Positions 19,708 through 31,947 of a stretch of DNA of 64,000 bases are shown here, in pieces. The DNA is from Zygnema circumcarinatum SAG 698-1b (lineage: Eukaryota > Plantae > Zygnematophyceae). The first letter of the stretch is position 1; each line of letters opens with the position of its first letter. Where the stretch lies: positions 1,004,617 through 1,068,616 of the forward strand of contig CM074818.1 of the NCBI GenBank assembly GCA_037447605.1, read 5' to 3'. Position numbers and translations under genes: made by a program. Under the pieces are notes generated by a model. That model did no database searches. It was not told where the DNA came from and was given only the letters and a program-made list of their open reading frames with translations.

Positions 19708-22700
19708 GGCTCAGATAGCATTCCATACTTCCATACAATGCATTATCCATTACCCTTCTCACAGGCGAAGTACGAATACATCTACAGCAAAGTTTCAAGA
19801 CCTTTCTACGTCACGTTTCTTCAACCAGAACTAAAAAAAAAAGTCATACAACTAGAAAACTTTGCTTAAGTATGCATGAAGGGGAAGGACTAGGAAAAGA
19901 GTACCCACCTTTGAGTTTCCCCTGTTAGGGAGCAAATCGAGATCTGCCGTATTCACCACTATTGAGCTTCTTGACTTGAACCATTGAATCACACTCGGCC
20001 CCTCTTCCCCTCCGGAGTATTTCCCAGACACTGAGAGTGTTCCTCCCTCCACGAGATCGCCATGAATGACTACATCCGCTACTTTAGGGGGGGCTGAATT
20101 CACCAAACCCAGGGAGGAAAAAAAGAGTTGGTGCAGGTCAGGGAAATGTGCACTGCTTCCTCTCTCTCTCTGTCAAAAAAGATGTCTTTTCCGCGGATCC
20201 GTTCAGCTGCTCTGAACGTGAGTGAGAGCTGTTCATGGTATAGAGAAAGGGGGTCTTACCAAGGACCACTTTTGTGGAATACACGGAAACCGTCTCACCC
20301 ACCAGCCCTGCATTTAACGAACAAAATCTCAGCAAAGTAAAGCTTCAACTCTGTGCGTAAATGGAAGCAAGACGCATCCTCCGATCTGGCATTGAAGCTT
20401 TCGATCACCTTTGTGGCTTCTCTAGATGAGCAAGAAGGAACGAGAAATCTTTTTAAGTAAACTTTTCAGCATGTTGGAGGCGGGACAATATAATACCTTC
20501 CGAGCTAACTGGAGTATATTCAAAGACCATGCGAGCCCCTACATCCTCAGGTTGCACCGTGTAGGCCAATGAAAGGGTGCCAACAGGGCCAAGTTGCCTG
20601 CACACAAAAAGTCCTCATATCGAAAGCTGTAACCACACTCGAGATGTTTTTTGAACTTTTACGGTTTCGAGGATCCACTACAGAACCTACAAAAGCATAG
20701 CAGTGAACTGAGACACACTGCAACAAAAAGAATACAAGCAGCTCTCTTTCATAAGCTACGAGCTCGCTTAAGTGGCTAGAAAACTCCCGCTTCAATACCA
20801 TATCGGTTGCACTTTTCTGCATGCCAAAACGAGAGAGAAAAAGCAAAATTACCCTGAAGTAGGATGCTCTCGATACCACGTGACTCGGCTTTGACCTTCT
20901 CGACCACCATAATAGTCGCCCATTCCAGTGAGCATATGACCAATCACAGGCTCGCCCTTGATCTCCACGTTGCTTATTTTTGGAGGAGCTGCCATCTCCC
21001 CCCTAACAAATAAGAAACGAACTCGCTTCTCAACATAATTTCACAGTGTTGATACAGTTTTATAGACCTAGAGAAGATTAGGTTTCAGGTTTACACTCAC
21101 CCGGCCGTATTATGGGCGTTACAGCATACTCGCCTTCTCCTCGTGTACCTTCGGCTGTTACAGGAGTGTACCCAAACTGAATCCGATATCCCACATCATC
21201 CAGAGTGAGAGTATATTCCAGCAGCCCATCCGGTCCCTTTATAGGGACTGGTTGTTGCCCATCACGGAATCTCCACCATCTGGCCAACCATGAAAGACCA
21301 CAAGAATTCTCCACAGGTAAGTAAGTTGGCTAGTTAGCAATGTTAATTAAATCTTTGCTGTGAAGCTATGGCAAAATGTCAACCCAGTTTGTCGAGGGAA
21401 AAGTTCAACGCCGGCTATGTTGTGAAACGTGGACACCACTGCTGTTCCAGATAAAGCATAAGAAGTCAAAGTACAGCTACACTGATGGGGAGAATTCAAA
21501 GGGGCTTCAAAACTGCTGAGAGGTTGATAAGAAGTATTGTAAACACGAACCCCACGTAATCACACACTGAAGTGTAAGCAGTTTCCGTGTAGAAACCTTC
21601 AGTTCCAATCTTTGGCAAACAAAATGTGACAAATAAAGCGCTCACCCAACTAGAGATCGTCCTGGATTTCCGGAGCACCATGCCACGTCAGCAGACCCAC
21701 GTAGAGAGGTTCCCTCCATCATGTCTCCTGTCACTTTGATGCTCACAATTCGCGGCTGCCCAGAACCTGTTTTGCGAAGCTTGACATATCATTAGACAAG
21801 TCGATAAGACAAGCAGCAATTGAGATTATGTTAAGCGTATGGAAAGATTCTCCAAGAACAGAAGTGGAAGAAAGGTCCACTGCAAGCGGATGACTACTGG
21901 TGATGAGTCGACATACCTCTCAAAACAGGGCAGGTGATGATGCTAAGAGGAGTCATTTCCAGTCCTGCTAGTATGGGAGTGCATTCCACTTTAAGAAAGC
22001 AACCCACGTCCGCATACCTCGGCCAATAATCCTGTAGGAAAGGAGTGTACTCGAACAAACCAAAATGAGTAATCAACACAAGCTGAGCTAATATGCTGCT
22101 TAGACTGATTCAAAAAACCCAACCGAAAAAACTGATGCTAGACTTCATGCATTACATGCCTTACATGCTTGGCTGCAAGTAAGGAGGATAGGAAGCATGA
22201 AAAGTATTCAATCTCACCTGATTGACTGCCTCCGGTATTGGAGTGAATGCCATTACTCCTTTGCCACTCTTTAGCCACTGATACTTCAGACTGAGACTAT
22301 TGCCCGGCCTGCCCCCTCCCGGACCAATCTCCACTTCGCATTGGCAGGGCTCCTCTTCCTGGGGATGCCCTATTCGTGCCTTTTTCAAAGTATACCCTTG
22401 TGGGATGAGAGGTTTCCAAAGAGCTTGCAAAAATTGAAGCACTGATTCTGCATCCATCCCAAAAAGAAAATAGCCAAAGACGAGCATACATAAGAAAAGT
22501 CACCAACTTAGACGAGGAGACAGCCTCATATCCTGCTGTATTTCGGTCCATAACGCTTCATAAGAGCGGAAATGCTACACAATTCTTCCTATTTTTAGGC
22601 CCCACCTTCAGCTTCATCCTTTGCACAGACCTCCCATCCCTGACGGATGCACATGGCTGCATGGCCTGGATATTGTCGAGCCAGGTTTATGTTTTCCATT

Positions 22701-25700
22701 GTAATATCTGCAGGTGCAAAGGACCATTTAACCTCCAGATCAACTTTCCATATCATGACATGTTAGATTCAGATGCTTGACATGCTAGTTCAGATTCACA
22801 CATCCAGGTTACCACACCGTTTTAATTCATTAAAACAAGAGGTGATAATGAGCTTTCTTTATTGTAGTTTTTGTTTTTGGAACATGAACTGCCACATCTA
22901 CAACATCAGAGAACCGTGAAAGGTATGTGAGGTACACGATTCTCATACAAATACATGGGACTATTACAATCCAGGAATTCACAGCGGATAGCGATGCAGT
23001 AAATGAACATGTTTGGGTGAATGCGCGAAATAAGGGTTGGGGTATCAAGATATGTATGAACTAGAAAGGTTAAAGGAGGAATGTACACATAAACTTCTTA
23101 CGGACAACAAAAGGTCGAAAACCAGCTTTGATTCATAAACAGATGTAGAATGTGACTGTTTGGCAGACTCTGTTCTCTAAGGCCGCACATGCTGAAATTT
23201 TGAAAAAAGGATCGTCTGCCGGATAAATGAAACCCACAGAACTTCAACTCACCATGTTCATTAAACTTGGTTAAAGTTGGACCAATAACTATGACAGCGG
23301 CAGCTTCAATGAATGGAATATCCAGGAGTGGGTTCTCTTCCACCCTCAAGTGCTGCGGAGAAATGTACATCCAACAATGTGGTCAGAGAAGCCAAGTGAC
23401 ATAATCCTCGAAATATAAAAAACCCCAGAACGTGGAACAACAGCAAAACATCTGTAAGACGAGCTCATACATCTCCTTAACATTTCACTATGCTGAAAGA
23501 AGTACAGCGACGATTTGGAGTCTTTGAAAGGAAAGACACATGCGATGGGAATTCAAGAAGTAAATCGAGCCAAGGCACACACCTCAAGTGCTGGTAGCAA
23601 GGGTATTCCCTTCAAAGTGGAAATATGGTTCTTGCTGGCAGCGAGGACCTGCAGAAATAGCAGCTCATCAGAGAACGAAAGTTTGCACCTTCAGAAGCGT
23701 CTCCTTCAATGTATTTTGATTCCTCGTGGATTTTTCACGCTATAAATAAGCCCGGGAGTAAACGTCAAGAGACACTAAGAACTTCTTTGTCAAGAAACAG
23801 TTATTAGCGGTGCGGTAGACTTAAGTTTGAAAAATCAATCTAGGTTAATTTCAGTTCAAATAACTCTCCTTCCCCGTATTGTCATGTTGACTAAAAAATT
23901 GGGAGAGATTCTCTTCTTGTGTCTGTGAGCTACTTCCTCGCTGTGCATGGACGTTTCTCGGACTAATGAATTGAACAGCGACTACGGGTTCTGCTGTGTA
24001 TTCTCTCATCAGACACCTTATTCCCAGTTGCTGGTCCAACTTTCTCCCACATCTTTATCCGTGTTGCCGAAACTCAGTATTGAAATGTACATAGTAAGCT
24101 GCCTTGTGTACCGTCCTGTCCTGAAGGTGCTCTGCTGTCCAAAAGTTTTGCAAAGCATACCTTAGGTTTCGAACATGATATGATTAGCCCCAAAGTGGTG
24201 CTGATACTAGTTTGAAATCTTTAATTCACGAACAGATCATGCATTACTCTCAATACTGAGGACGGGCTGGAAGGCTGTTTCCTAGTGCCCTATACTGCTC
24301 CTAAAACCCGTAAATCAGGCCAACGTGTCACATCCTCGATTGCTTATAACCACGTGAAAATAATGCCTCGTCGAATCCACTTGAAAAAAAGGAAGAGATT
24401 GTTCTCATTTACATCTTGGAAACATATGACGTATCCCAGCTCAAAAAGAACTGACAAAACATGCCTTGCCCTTCTTACCTGAAGTTTAGGTTGTGATGCC
24501 ATGGCCAAAGAAGAAACATCATTTTGAGCCACAGATAAAAACTGCAGAAACAGAGTGGCAACGGACACATACACATTAGGTTCAACTTTGAAACGAAGTT
24601 ATATACCTAATGCCAAGATTCGATTATGTATGGTTGAAACATGGGAACGTGCAAGCATGCTTTCAATATAGAAAGGAGGTGAGAGCTGAGCAGGCGATGG
24701 CTTTTATCTGCAGACTGAGTATTGAACTTCCGACCTTTCCAAACCTATGTTCCAAACAAGGGACGTTGTTACAGAGAGAGAAGCTCAAGTTTGTTCTGTT
24801 ATATTCCCGAATGGTTTTGCGGTTTATGGTTTTTCATGGTGCACTGAACCACCGTAACCTGTTAAGGCCGTTCAGTTTTTCCAGAAGCTGTCTTATTTGT
24901 AACGATCAGCAGTTTGAACGACCAAAAGTGAGGTCAAATTCGTGACGGAATGGACTCCTACCTCCAGATTGGGAAGCTTAGGGAGATCCTCCAGAGATGC
25001 GAGATGATTGCCAGCCAAATACAAGTGCTGTTATGTCCCTCCAATCAGACGAAAAAAATGTGGTTGAATAATAAGTAGAAAAGGAAAAGGCTGCATTTCT
25101 GCCAAAGTCTGCCAAATTTCCTAGCTTCGCATTCAAGCTACAAGCTGCTTTCTGCAAGGATTCGCATTGCAGCAGAAGAAGATGAGTTACTATAAAAATA
25201 TAACGGGTCACAAAAGAGTGAATGATTATCTTCCAACTTATATGTTTGCATGTAGAACTGACCTGCAGCGCCTTACAGCTGCCAAGTGGCGCAAGTGAAG
25301 CATCCTTGAGCTCATTAAAACTCAAATCCAGAACCTGCTCAGAATGCGTCCCCAACACCCCCTGTATCACTACCTTGTATTGAAAAGGGCGACCTTGCCA
25401 TTGTCATAACCTTCAGAAACAAAGTTAGTAATCAAAACCTCGCACTCGCAACCATTTAGCCCAATTTCGCATGCAGACCCGATAATCGTAAACGAATCAA
25501 ACAGAGCCAAAGCTCAGGAGCAGTCAGCAACTTGGCATTGCCAGCTTAGCAAAAAGCCGCAGCATATGCAAGTTTCAGAGTTATATCCATTTGCATGTAG
25601 CCCCAGGCTCTGTTCTACGCATTGCATTGGCCAAAACGAGCTGTGAAACTAAAACAAATATAATAAATTACATTTGGAGGGTGATTCGCTATGCACTCAG

Positions 25701-27391
25701 TTTAAGTGAAGGATTGGTGAAAGGATGGTGGTAATCGGTCGGTTTTCCTTTACTCTCACAAGTGCAACAATAAGCTGATTGCTGCACGAACTGCCTACTA
25801 CTCTTCACACACTAGGCGACTTCACACACCACCTCGGTGATGTACTACAACTTGTGATCGTGATTGATGAGAAATAAAGTGTCCTGGCAAAGATGAGAAG
25901 TCTGCAGCATTGTCCTTGACAACGAACAACAATGATGCAAAAGAAGCAGCTCGGGAAGTGGGTTAAAGTCTCACTTTGACTTTCTTGAGAACTTCAATGC
26001 CTTCCAAGGACGAAAGCTTGTTGTCCCGAAGATAAACGAACTGCAAGAAACTCACAAGAGCTAAGACGATTACAATCGTAAGGAAACGCATCGAAAAATA
26101 AGCAAGTACAGCGAACTTCAGCGTCAGTCTGACACCCCTTTCCTTACTCTAATACTTAACAGCTTGCACAATATAGCAAAGCATTACATCATTGTGTCAA
26201 TATCCAGAAAGTCGCCAATACAAAAAAAAAATCAGAACCTGAAACCAGGTCCATAGCAAAAAAAAATAATCCGAATCAAGTAGCATCTCAACTCGCAGTT
26301 TCGTAACCGCCTATCCTTTATACTCAAGTCACTCTCTAAAAGGAAAGCCCCCTTCTAAAGGAAAGTCCCTCTCTAAGTGAAAGTCTCTCCCTAAAGGAAG
26401 TTCCTCTCTAAAGGAAGTCCCTCTCTAATGGTTAAAAATGAGCATCTGACTGACCTCGAGTTTCCCAGTGAGAAAGACCAACTCCGAGTTCAGGCTGCGA
26501 ATCATCTGTGCACGAAGATCAAGCCTCTGCAAATCAACAAAGTCGAAACACATAAGTCAAAACAGTAGAAGTATTCAGTTTCAAAGCATCGGTCTCACGA
26601 CCGTTTTCATTGTCACACTGACATTAGAATAAACCATTGCGCATATATGAATCAATAAGCTGACTTCAAGACCTGGCTTTTCCTTCCTTGCAACAGGGCG
26701 AGCTGAAAAAACACCGTAAGCTCAGAATTCTAACTAGCAGGCCCTTGAAACAAACCCTGACTTCATTATATGTATGCAAAAATGCAAGCCTTCACATCAC
26801 CTCAGCCTACAGCCCTAATACCGAAAAAAAAACCATGAAAATGCCACGATCAGAGGTAAAACTGACAGGCATTGCATCTCAACTCACAGTATCATCGTGC
26901 CCTCTAAGATCAGGGCCAGCTATAGGGCGCCCATCCCTCCCAGCCGTAGTCATAGATCGCCGCCTTGTAACTAGTTTATCAACCGGACTCAGAATAGACG
27001 CAGGCCCGCCTTTCCCATTCACACTCCCACTCCCTGCAACTTCCTTCTCCTTCCCTAAACCAGGTTTCCGCCCGCTGCTTCCAGGACTCCCTCCCTCCCT
27101 CCCATTCCCTACATCCTTCCCACTCCCTCCCTTCGGAGGCACTCCTTTTTCGCCTCCTCCCGAAGGACTTTTCTTCAGGGAGCTCTCCTTGCTCAACCCG
27201 CTCGTCTTCATTGGTCTTGCAGGACTCTGGCTCCCCATCACATTCTTCTTCACCGTAACAGTTTCCTTCACAGAAGAACCGCTACGGCTCTCCCCTTCTA
27301 CGGGACCCTGCTGAGTGCTTTCAGGCCCTCCCGCACTGCTCGGGAGGAAGGCTCCCTGCGGCATGCAGTCCGGACTGCTCTGTGAGTCCAT
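11247..27391 (-). CDS. AIR9: AIR9, 187-kDa microtubule-associated protein (basic S-rich N-terminus, LRRs, A9 Ig-like repeats, conserved C-terminal domain)
   Basis: Exon 1 is 26888-27391 (MDSQSSPD, K/S/G-rich). LRR exons include 26455-26526 (RLDLRAQMIRSL), FVYLRDNKLSSLEGIE, VLDLSFNEL, HLYLAGNHL, FLSVAQNDV, VLAASKNHI and HLRVEENPLL. Repeated A9 motifs (YxGGxEGxSxxxWYR; YxPTxEDVGxxLxxExxPxRxDG). C-terminal VDVNRKRVKVVRPGSRTSFSSTEVKSSYDPPF, stop at 11247-11249. Not every internal exon boundary was resolved. Confidence 0.93.
11912..12335. repeat. 16-bp minisatellite (GAGAGTGAGGGAGGGA)n, ~26 copies, in a late AIR9 intron
   Basis: Direct tandem periodicity; pyrimidine-rich on the AIR9 sense strand. 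Confidence 0.9.
26333..26428. repeat. ~18-bp degenerate tandem repeat (CTCTAAAGGAAAGTCCC-like), ~5 copies, in AIR9 intron 2
   Basis: Units ctctctaaaaggaaagccc, cttctaaaggaaagtccc, tctctaagtgaaagtctc, tccctaaaggaagttcc, tctctaaaggaagtccc. Confidence 0.8.
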
Positions 27392-27665
27392 TTCTCCAGC
27401 GTTTTCAGGCCATGGCTGCTGAGAGAGGAGCAGGAGTGCAGGAGTGCAGAGGGGGCCGACAGCTAGCTGGTGGGAGAGAGTGTGGGAGGAGGGTGAGGCC
27501 GAGGCCAAGTGGTCGACGAAGGGAGGCAGGGAGGGAGAGAGCGAGCGAGGCAGCCAGGCGGGGCGGTGGGTGTCAGAGGGCACCCTCTCCCCCCCCCTGT
27601 CGCAGGCCAGCGCCAGGTCGCAGGTTCGAACCTCGCTCGCGCCGACCGCTGACTCGTTCAGTAGA

Positions 27666-27940
27666 CCGTACAAAAGGTACTGTACATTACCGTACATCGA
27701 TAATACTAACGTCACGTATCGCGTCATTGGGTATCGTATTGGAAAATATCGTACTATTTTGTATCAAGTATTGTATCGTAATATATCGTATTGCAGGATA
27801 TCGCATCGTCACGTATTGTACGGTACTGTGTCGTGTTGTAAATTGGTGTAATGTATCGTATCGTATCGTATCGTTTTGAGTCAGATTCTGCTGAAGTAAC
27901 ATCGTAATATATCGTATCGCAATGTGACGTATCGTATCGT
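27666..27940. promoter_or_regulatory. GTAC-rich and (TATCG)n-rich tract upstream of the AIR9 ATG
   Basis: Seven GTAC (two as CCGTAC) merging into degenerate GTATC/TATCG pentamer repeats, 270-550 bp upstream of the ATG at 27391. Confidence 0.5.
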
Positions 27941-28818
27941 ATTGGTGGGATGTATGGGTCCCCTCACAACGTTTTCCTTGGGACGAATCCATTCACAATT
28001 CATGGCTCCACATGTTGCCTTTGTCCACGCGCGTTGGAATGTCGAGACCAATGCCGATATAGTCACATGTGTGAACCATGCGAGTTCTTGTGCTTCAACC
28101 GTGCATGCAATCATCCGTCACACATTTGTCTACGTGCTGTTTTCTTCGTTTTCTTTCCTGGTTTGATGGGCATGTGGTGGCTCCATCGTACTTGGCATCA
28201 CAACATGCTTAGGAGATCAGCATCAGCATCACAATCGCAATGCAATGTGCGCGTAGCGCCAGATGGCCCAACACGAGTATCATTTACATTAAACATAATC
28301 ACTTGAATTTATTGTACCTACCATTTCCCTGCATGGGTCCTCACGTAGATGGCGTTCAAAGCACTTATAGAGGAGGCTACCCACAATTGGCATTCTGCGT
28401 TCACGAGCAATTACCCGCTAAGTGCCGGCCTCTGCTCATCCTCTAAGGAGGCCCTGAACCCAGCCAGCTTCCCTCGCTGCTCAGTGGCATCCAACACAAA
28501 CTGACACAGAGAAACAGTGCCTGCATGCGATCACAGAGGCCGCAATTCCCTCCCACTTATAACAGGCGGCCCATATCCCATCGCCTACCCCTACTAAGAG
28601 AAGAATAAGACTACGCTAAACCCTAAACCCTAAATCCGGATCTGCTTCTGACTTGCCCGGCCGTGATCGTGAAAGAGCGCTCACTCCACTCTCATTCCTC
28701 GTCTGCTCTCTACGCTCCTATATATAGCACTGTCCCTGCTCATACATCAAGCTTTCTTGATGAAATCGAGGGATCACCACTCTGTATTCCACCACTCCCC
28801 CAAAGCGCCCCCTTCTGA

Positions 28819-30594
28819 TCACCTTATAGGCGGGAAGCAGACAGCCTCTGACTTCCCCCCGCACGCCTTCAGCCACGCTTGGAAGCTCACATCGCTCTCG
28901 GGCCCCTCCCGCCGCACGTTCTCCCTCGTGGTTTCCTGCTCTACTTCAGGAAGCTGCCGTTTCAGCCATAGCCGCAACACCTCCATCTCCGCTCGATGGG
29001 GTCTATGCGTCTCATGCTCATACCCAATAAGCTCAACATTGGCGCCCATTTCCTTCAAAGTCAGGCACCCTTCTCCCGCGTTCTCGTACTCCACAACAGC
29101 GTCCGCCATTCCATGGCTCCAAAGGACCTCCAGCCCCTTCGCCCTCCCTTTAGCAGCCTCCATAAGCTCCCGTCTCTCCAACGGATTCCATCCCCATAGA
29201 ACAGCCGCTCCGCCGAGCGGCTTCTCACATGTAACTGCGCTGACTAGGGCCGCCGCCCCGCCCTGACCGACTCCCACAAGGACGACTCGCCTTGAGCTGA
29301 TGCCCTTCTCTTCACATTTGTCAATCAGAGAGTGAATTATTCTCACTGCTCTAAACACGTCTTCTGTGCGACTCTTCGGTGATGTGACCTTCACAGGAAC
29401 TTCCCAAAAGTCAAACCACGAGGGCATTTCTACGGCGGAGTCGCATGTGACCGCCTGCACTGGGGCACTGGGCGCTACCCACTTCACATGCTCCATGCCT
29501 CCTCCAAGATTCATGATATGCAGATTGAAATTTGAAGAGACGCCTCCCCAAGCCTTTTCCCCAATTGAATGCAGCCATATTATAGCCGCGGTAGGCTTCT
29601 TCGAATCCTCGTCGCTCGAAGACGACTCCCACCCGTCGGTCTCCCTCTTCTGAAAGCCCTCTCTCTGCTCCTCCCGCAGACGCTGGCTGGCCCAGTACTT
29701 GGGCTCTATGGGCGGAATCCGTTCGCGAGCCCACATGCTAAGCATGGCCAACTCCTCCTTGTGCGGGTGATGCGCCTCCTCAGGGTAGCTGAGGAGCTCA
29801 CATGCGACCCCGAGCCGCTCTAACAACCTCACACCTGCTACTGCATTGTTATACTTCACAAGAGGGTCCGCCATTCCATGGCTCCAAATCATCTTCAGGC
29901 TCCGCGCTTGCGCATGGATTTCCCGCTCCAGTGACTCGTCCCGCAACGGATTCCACCCCCATAGAACTGCTAAGCCTGCGAGAGGCTTAGGGTACGTGAG
30001 AGCGCTGACGAGCGCGGTGGCCCCGCCCTGACTGAGCCCTACAAGAAGAACTCGCCTTGAGTCGATGCCCTCCGCCTCACAGCTCTCTATGAGAGCGTGC
30101 ACTCCCTTCACCGCCACCATCACATCCTGCGAACGGCTCCTCCGCCCCTCCACGCGAATGGGAAACTCCAGAATGTCGAACCATGACGGGAGCACCTGCC
30201 CGCCATGGCCGGTCACAGGCTGCCTCGGAGCCGCGGGGGCCAGCCATTTGATGTGCCCCGAGCCCGGATTGGGCGCCACGTGGCGCCGGAACTCCTTGGC
30301 GTACTCGCCCTCGGGGGTGTCCCCGAGGCCGTGGAGGAAGATGACGGCGGCGGTGGGAGGGGAAGAGGGAGGGGGAGGGGCGGGGGTGGGGCCCACACGC
30401 GGGGGCTTGTACTGGCGGGCCGCACGTGTGGGGGGGAGGGGGTCGACGGCGACCTGGAGGTCCTGCGCGCCGTGGACTTCGGCGAGCTTTTGGCCACTCA
30501 CGCGGCGCCACGTGTACAGCGCGAGGACGACGGTGGAGGTGAGCAAGATGGCGGCGAGGAGGCCGAGGAGGATGATGAGGAAGGCCTCGTCCAT
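28819..30594 (-). CDS. Intronless membrane-anchored tandem carboxylesterase (Abhydrolase_2, acyl-protein-thioesterase family, SOBER1/TIPSY1-like), 591 aa: active domain plus pseudo-enzyme domain
   Basis: Start MDEAFLIILLGLLAAILLTSTVVLALYTWRR (hydrophobic anchor), then a Pro-rich linker. Domain 1: IFLHGLGD, PSWFDILEFP, GLSQGG, SHGMADPLV, EAHHP. Domain 2: IWLHSIGE, PSWFDFWEVP, GVGQGG, SHGMADAVV, ETHRP. Confidence 0.92.
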   Translation of the reverse strand: MDEAFLIILLGLLAAILLTSTVVLALYTWRRVSGQKLAEVHGAQDLQVAVDPLPPTRAARQYKPPRVGPTPAPPPPSSPPTAAVIFLHGLGDTPEGEYAKEFRRHVAPNPGSGHIKWLAPAAPRQPVTGHGGQVLPSWFDILEFPIRVEGRRSRSQDVMVAVKGVHALIESCEAEGIDSRRVLLVGLSQGGATALVSALTYPKPLAGLAVLWGWNPLRDESLEREIHAQARSLKMIWSHGMADPLVKYNNAVAGVRLLERLGVACELLSYPEEAHHPHKEELAMLSMWARERIPPIEPKYWASQRLREEQREGFQKRETDGWESSSSDEDSKKPTAAIIWLHSIGEKAWGGVSSNFNLHIMNLGGGMEHVKWVAPSAPVQAVTCDSAVEMPSWFDFWEVPVKVTSPKSRTEDVFRAVRIIHSLIDKCEEKGISSRRVVLVGVGQGGAAALVSAVTCEKPLGGAAVLWGWNPLERRELMEAAKGRAKGLEVLWSHGMADAVVEYENAGEGCLTLKEMGANVELIGYEHETHRPHRAEMEVLRLWLKRQLPEVEQETTRENVRREGPESDVSFQAWLKACGGKSEAVCFPPIR

Positions 30595-30631
30595 TTGGGG
30601 GAGGGAGGGAGGGAAGAAGGGAGAGGGAAAT

Positions 30632-30682
30632 GGGAATGTGGGAATGTGGGAATGTGGGAATGTGGGAATGTGGGAATGTGGG
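30632..30682 (+). repeat. (GGGAATGT)6GGG octamer repeat, canonical G-quadruplex pattern, just upstream of the esterase ATG
   Basis: Seven G3 tracts separated by AATGT loops; the G-rich strand is the template strand for the minus-strand gene. Confidence 0.8.
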
Positions 30683-31947
30683 AGGGAGAGGGGCAGGGAG
30701 AGGGGGAGAGAAAGGAAGCGAGGGGGGACGGAAAGGGGGAAGGAGAGGGAGGGATTGGGGGGAGGGAGAGAGAGGGAGAGGAGAGGATAGAGGAGGCGAG
30801 AGGGGGTGGGGGGAGGAGTGGGGGAGGGGCTGGCGTCCCTGCTGGCACCGGCGGGCGGGGACGTCCGGGTCGCGGGTGCCTGTCCCGTTGACCATCCAGC
30901 TGGCGTGCCACGTGGCAGCCGCTCACAGGTCCGTACTGCACCGCTCGGCGCCGAACGAGAGCGTTTGGATGACGTCACCATTTTGTAGGCGGTGCGCACA
31001 CGAGGGGGCCTTTGCCCTTTGTGCTGACGTCAGGAAATGGGCTTAAGGGGGTGGATCCTGGATCAGGGAGGCGGTGGATCCACTGCGGAGGAGGCGACCA
31101 ATGGAGGCAGGGATCGGCGGGCGGGGAAGGATTGTGGAATCGGAAATTCTGGGGGCAGGGGATCCACCGACAAACTGTCTTGATGACGCCATGTTTGTAC
31201 AGTTCTGTTGACTTGACAGACCCACGGCGGTCGCCGTCAGGGTCGTCCTTGCACCCAATAGAATATTGTCGTCACACGTGTAAACAACATTGAACCACTC
31301 ATCAGATGCCACGTTGCGCTCACAAGCTAAAAATGCAAAAGCGGGAATTGCGAGTTTGGACAGGAACGGGGGGTGACCGCGACGTTTTTGAAATGACGTC
31401 ATCTTTTTTGACGTGGCTCTTCTGACAAAGGGATCGCACTCAATAAGTGCCAAAAGCAGTGTACGGAGATTTCTGTATTGAAGATTCGATTTTCCATGGG
31501 CGAATCGCATTGACGCGATCCCGTTGGCTGGAATCTCCCGGAAAAAACAAGAACAGCCGCGGCCACTACCCGTAGTTGACCCGACCGACCATTATTCGAT
31601 TGAACCCCCGTTGAACCAATGATAAGTAATAATAAAAAATGCCACGTCTGCGAAAAGTTCTATAGACGACGATCCTATTGGTCGATGAACTCGTATCTTA
31701 AATTTCCATCCCAACAATACACCTCCCGGCTGATTTTGGGACTAAAAGTGGGTCGGATTCCACCACTGCGCGTGAGCGGTGCCCTTACCGCCGGTTCGTT
31801 ACGGCCACCGCGCAGGCCCCCGTGCTCGTATCGACACATTGCAATCCCGGAGAAAGTGGGATCCATCGAACGGCTTCAAACGGCGCCACGTCCTATTGTA
31901 TATATTTTCTTCTTTTTATTTTTAACGCTCGTAAGGCAATCGGCACA

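Noticed and set aside
26333-26428. GGAAAGTCCC words resembling NF-kB sites
   Set aside because: The green lineage has no NF-kB; this is simply a short intronic tandem repeat.
27560-27645. Possible tRNA gene
   Set aside because: Only a B-box/T-loop is good. The T-stem is mismatched and no acceptor, D or anticodon stems can be formed. Kept only as a SINE-like relic hypothesis.
30595-30999. 135-aa N-terminal extension of the double esterase (726-aa ORF)
   Set aside because: It is mostly translated CT/GGGAATGT repeats and promoter G-boxes; the ATG at 30594 directly precedes the signal anchor.
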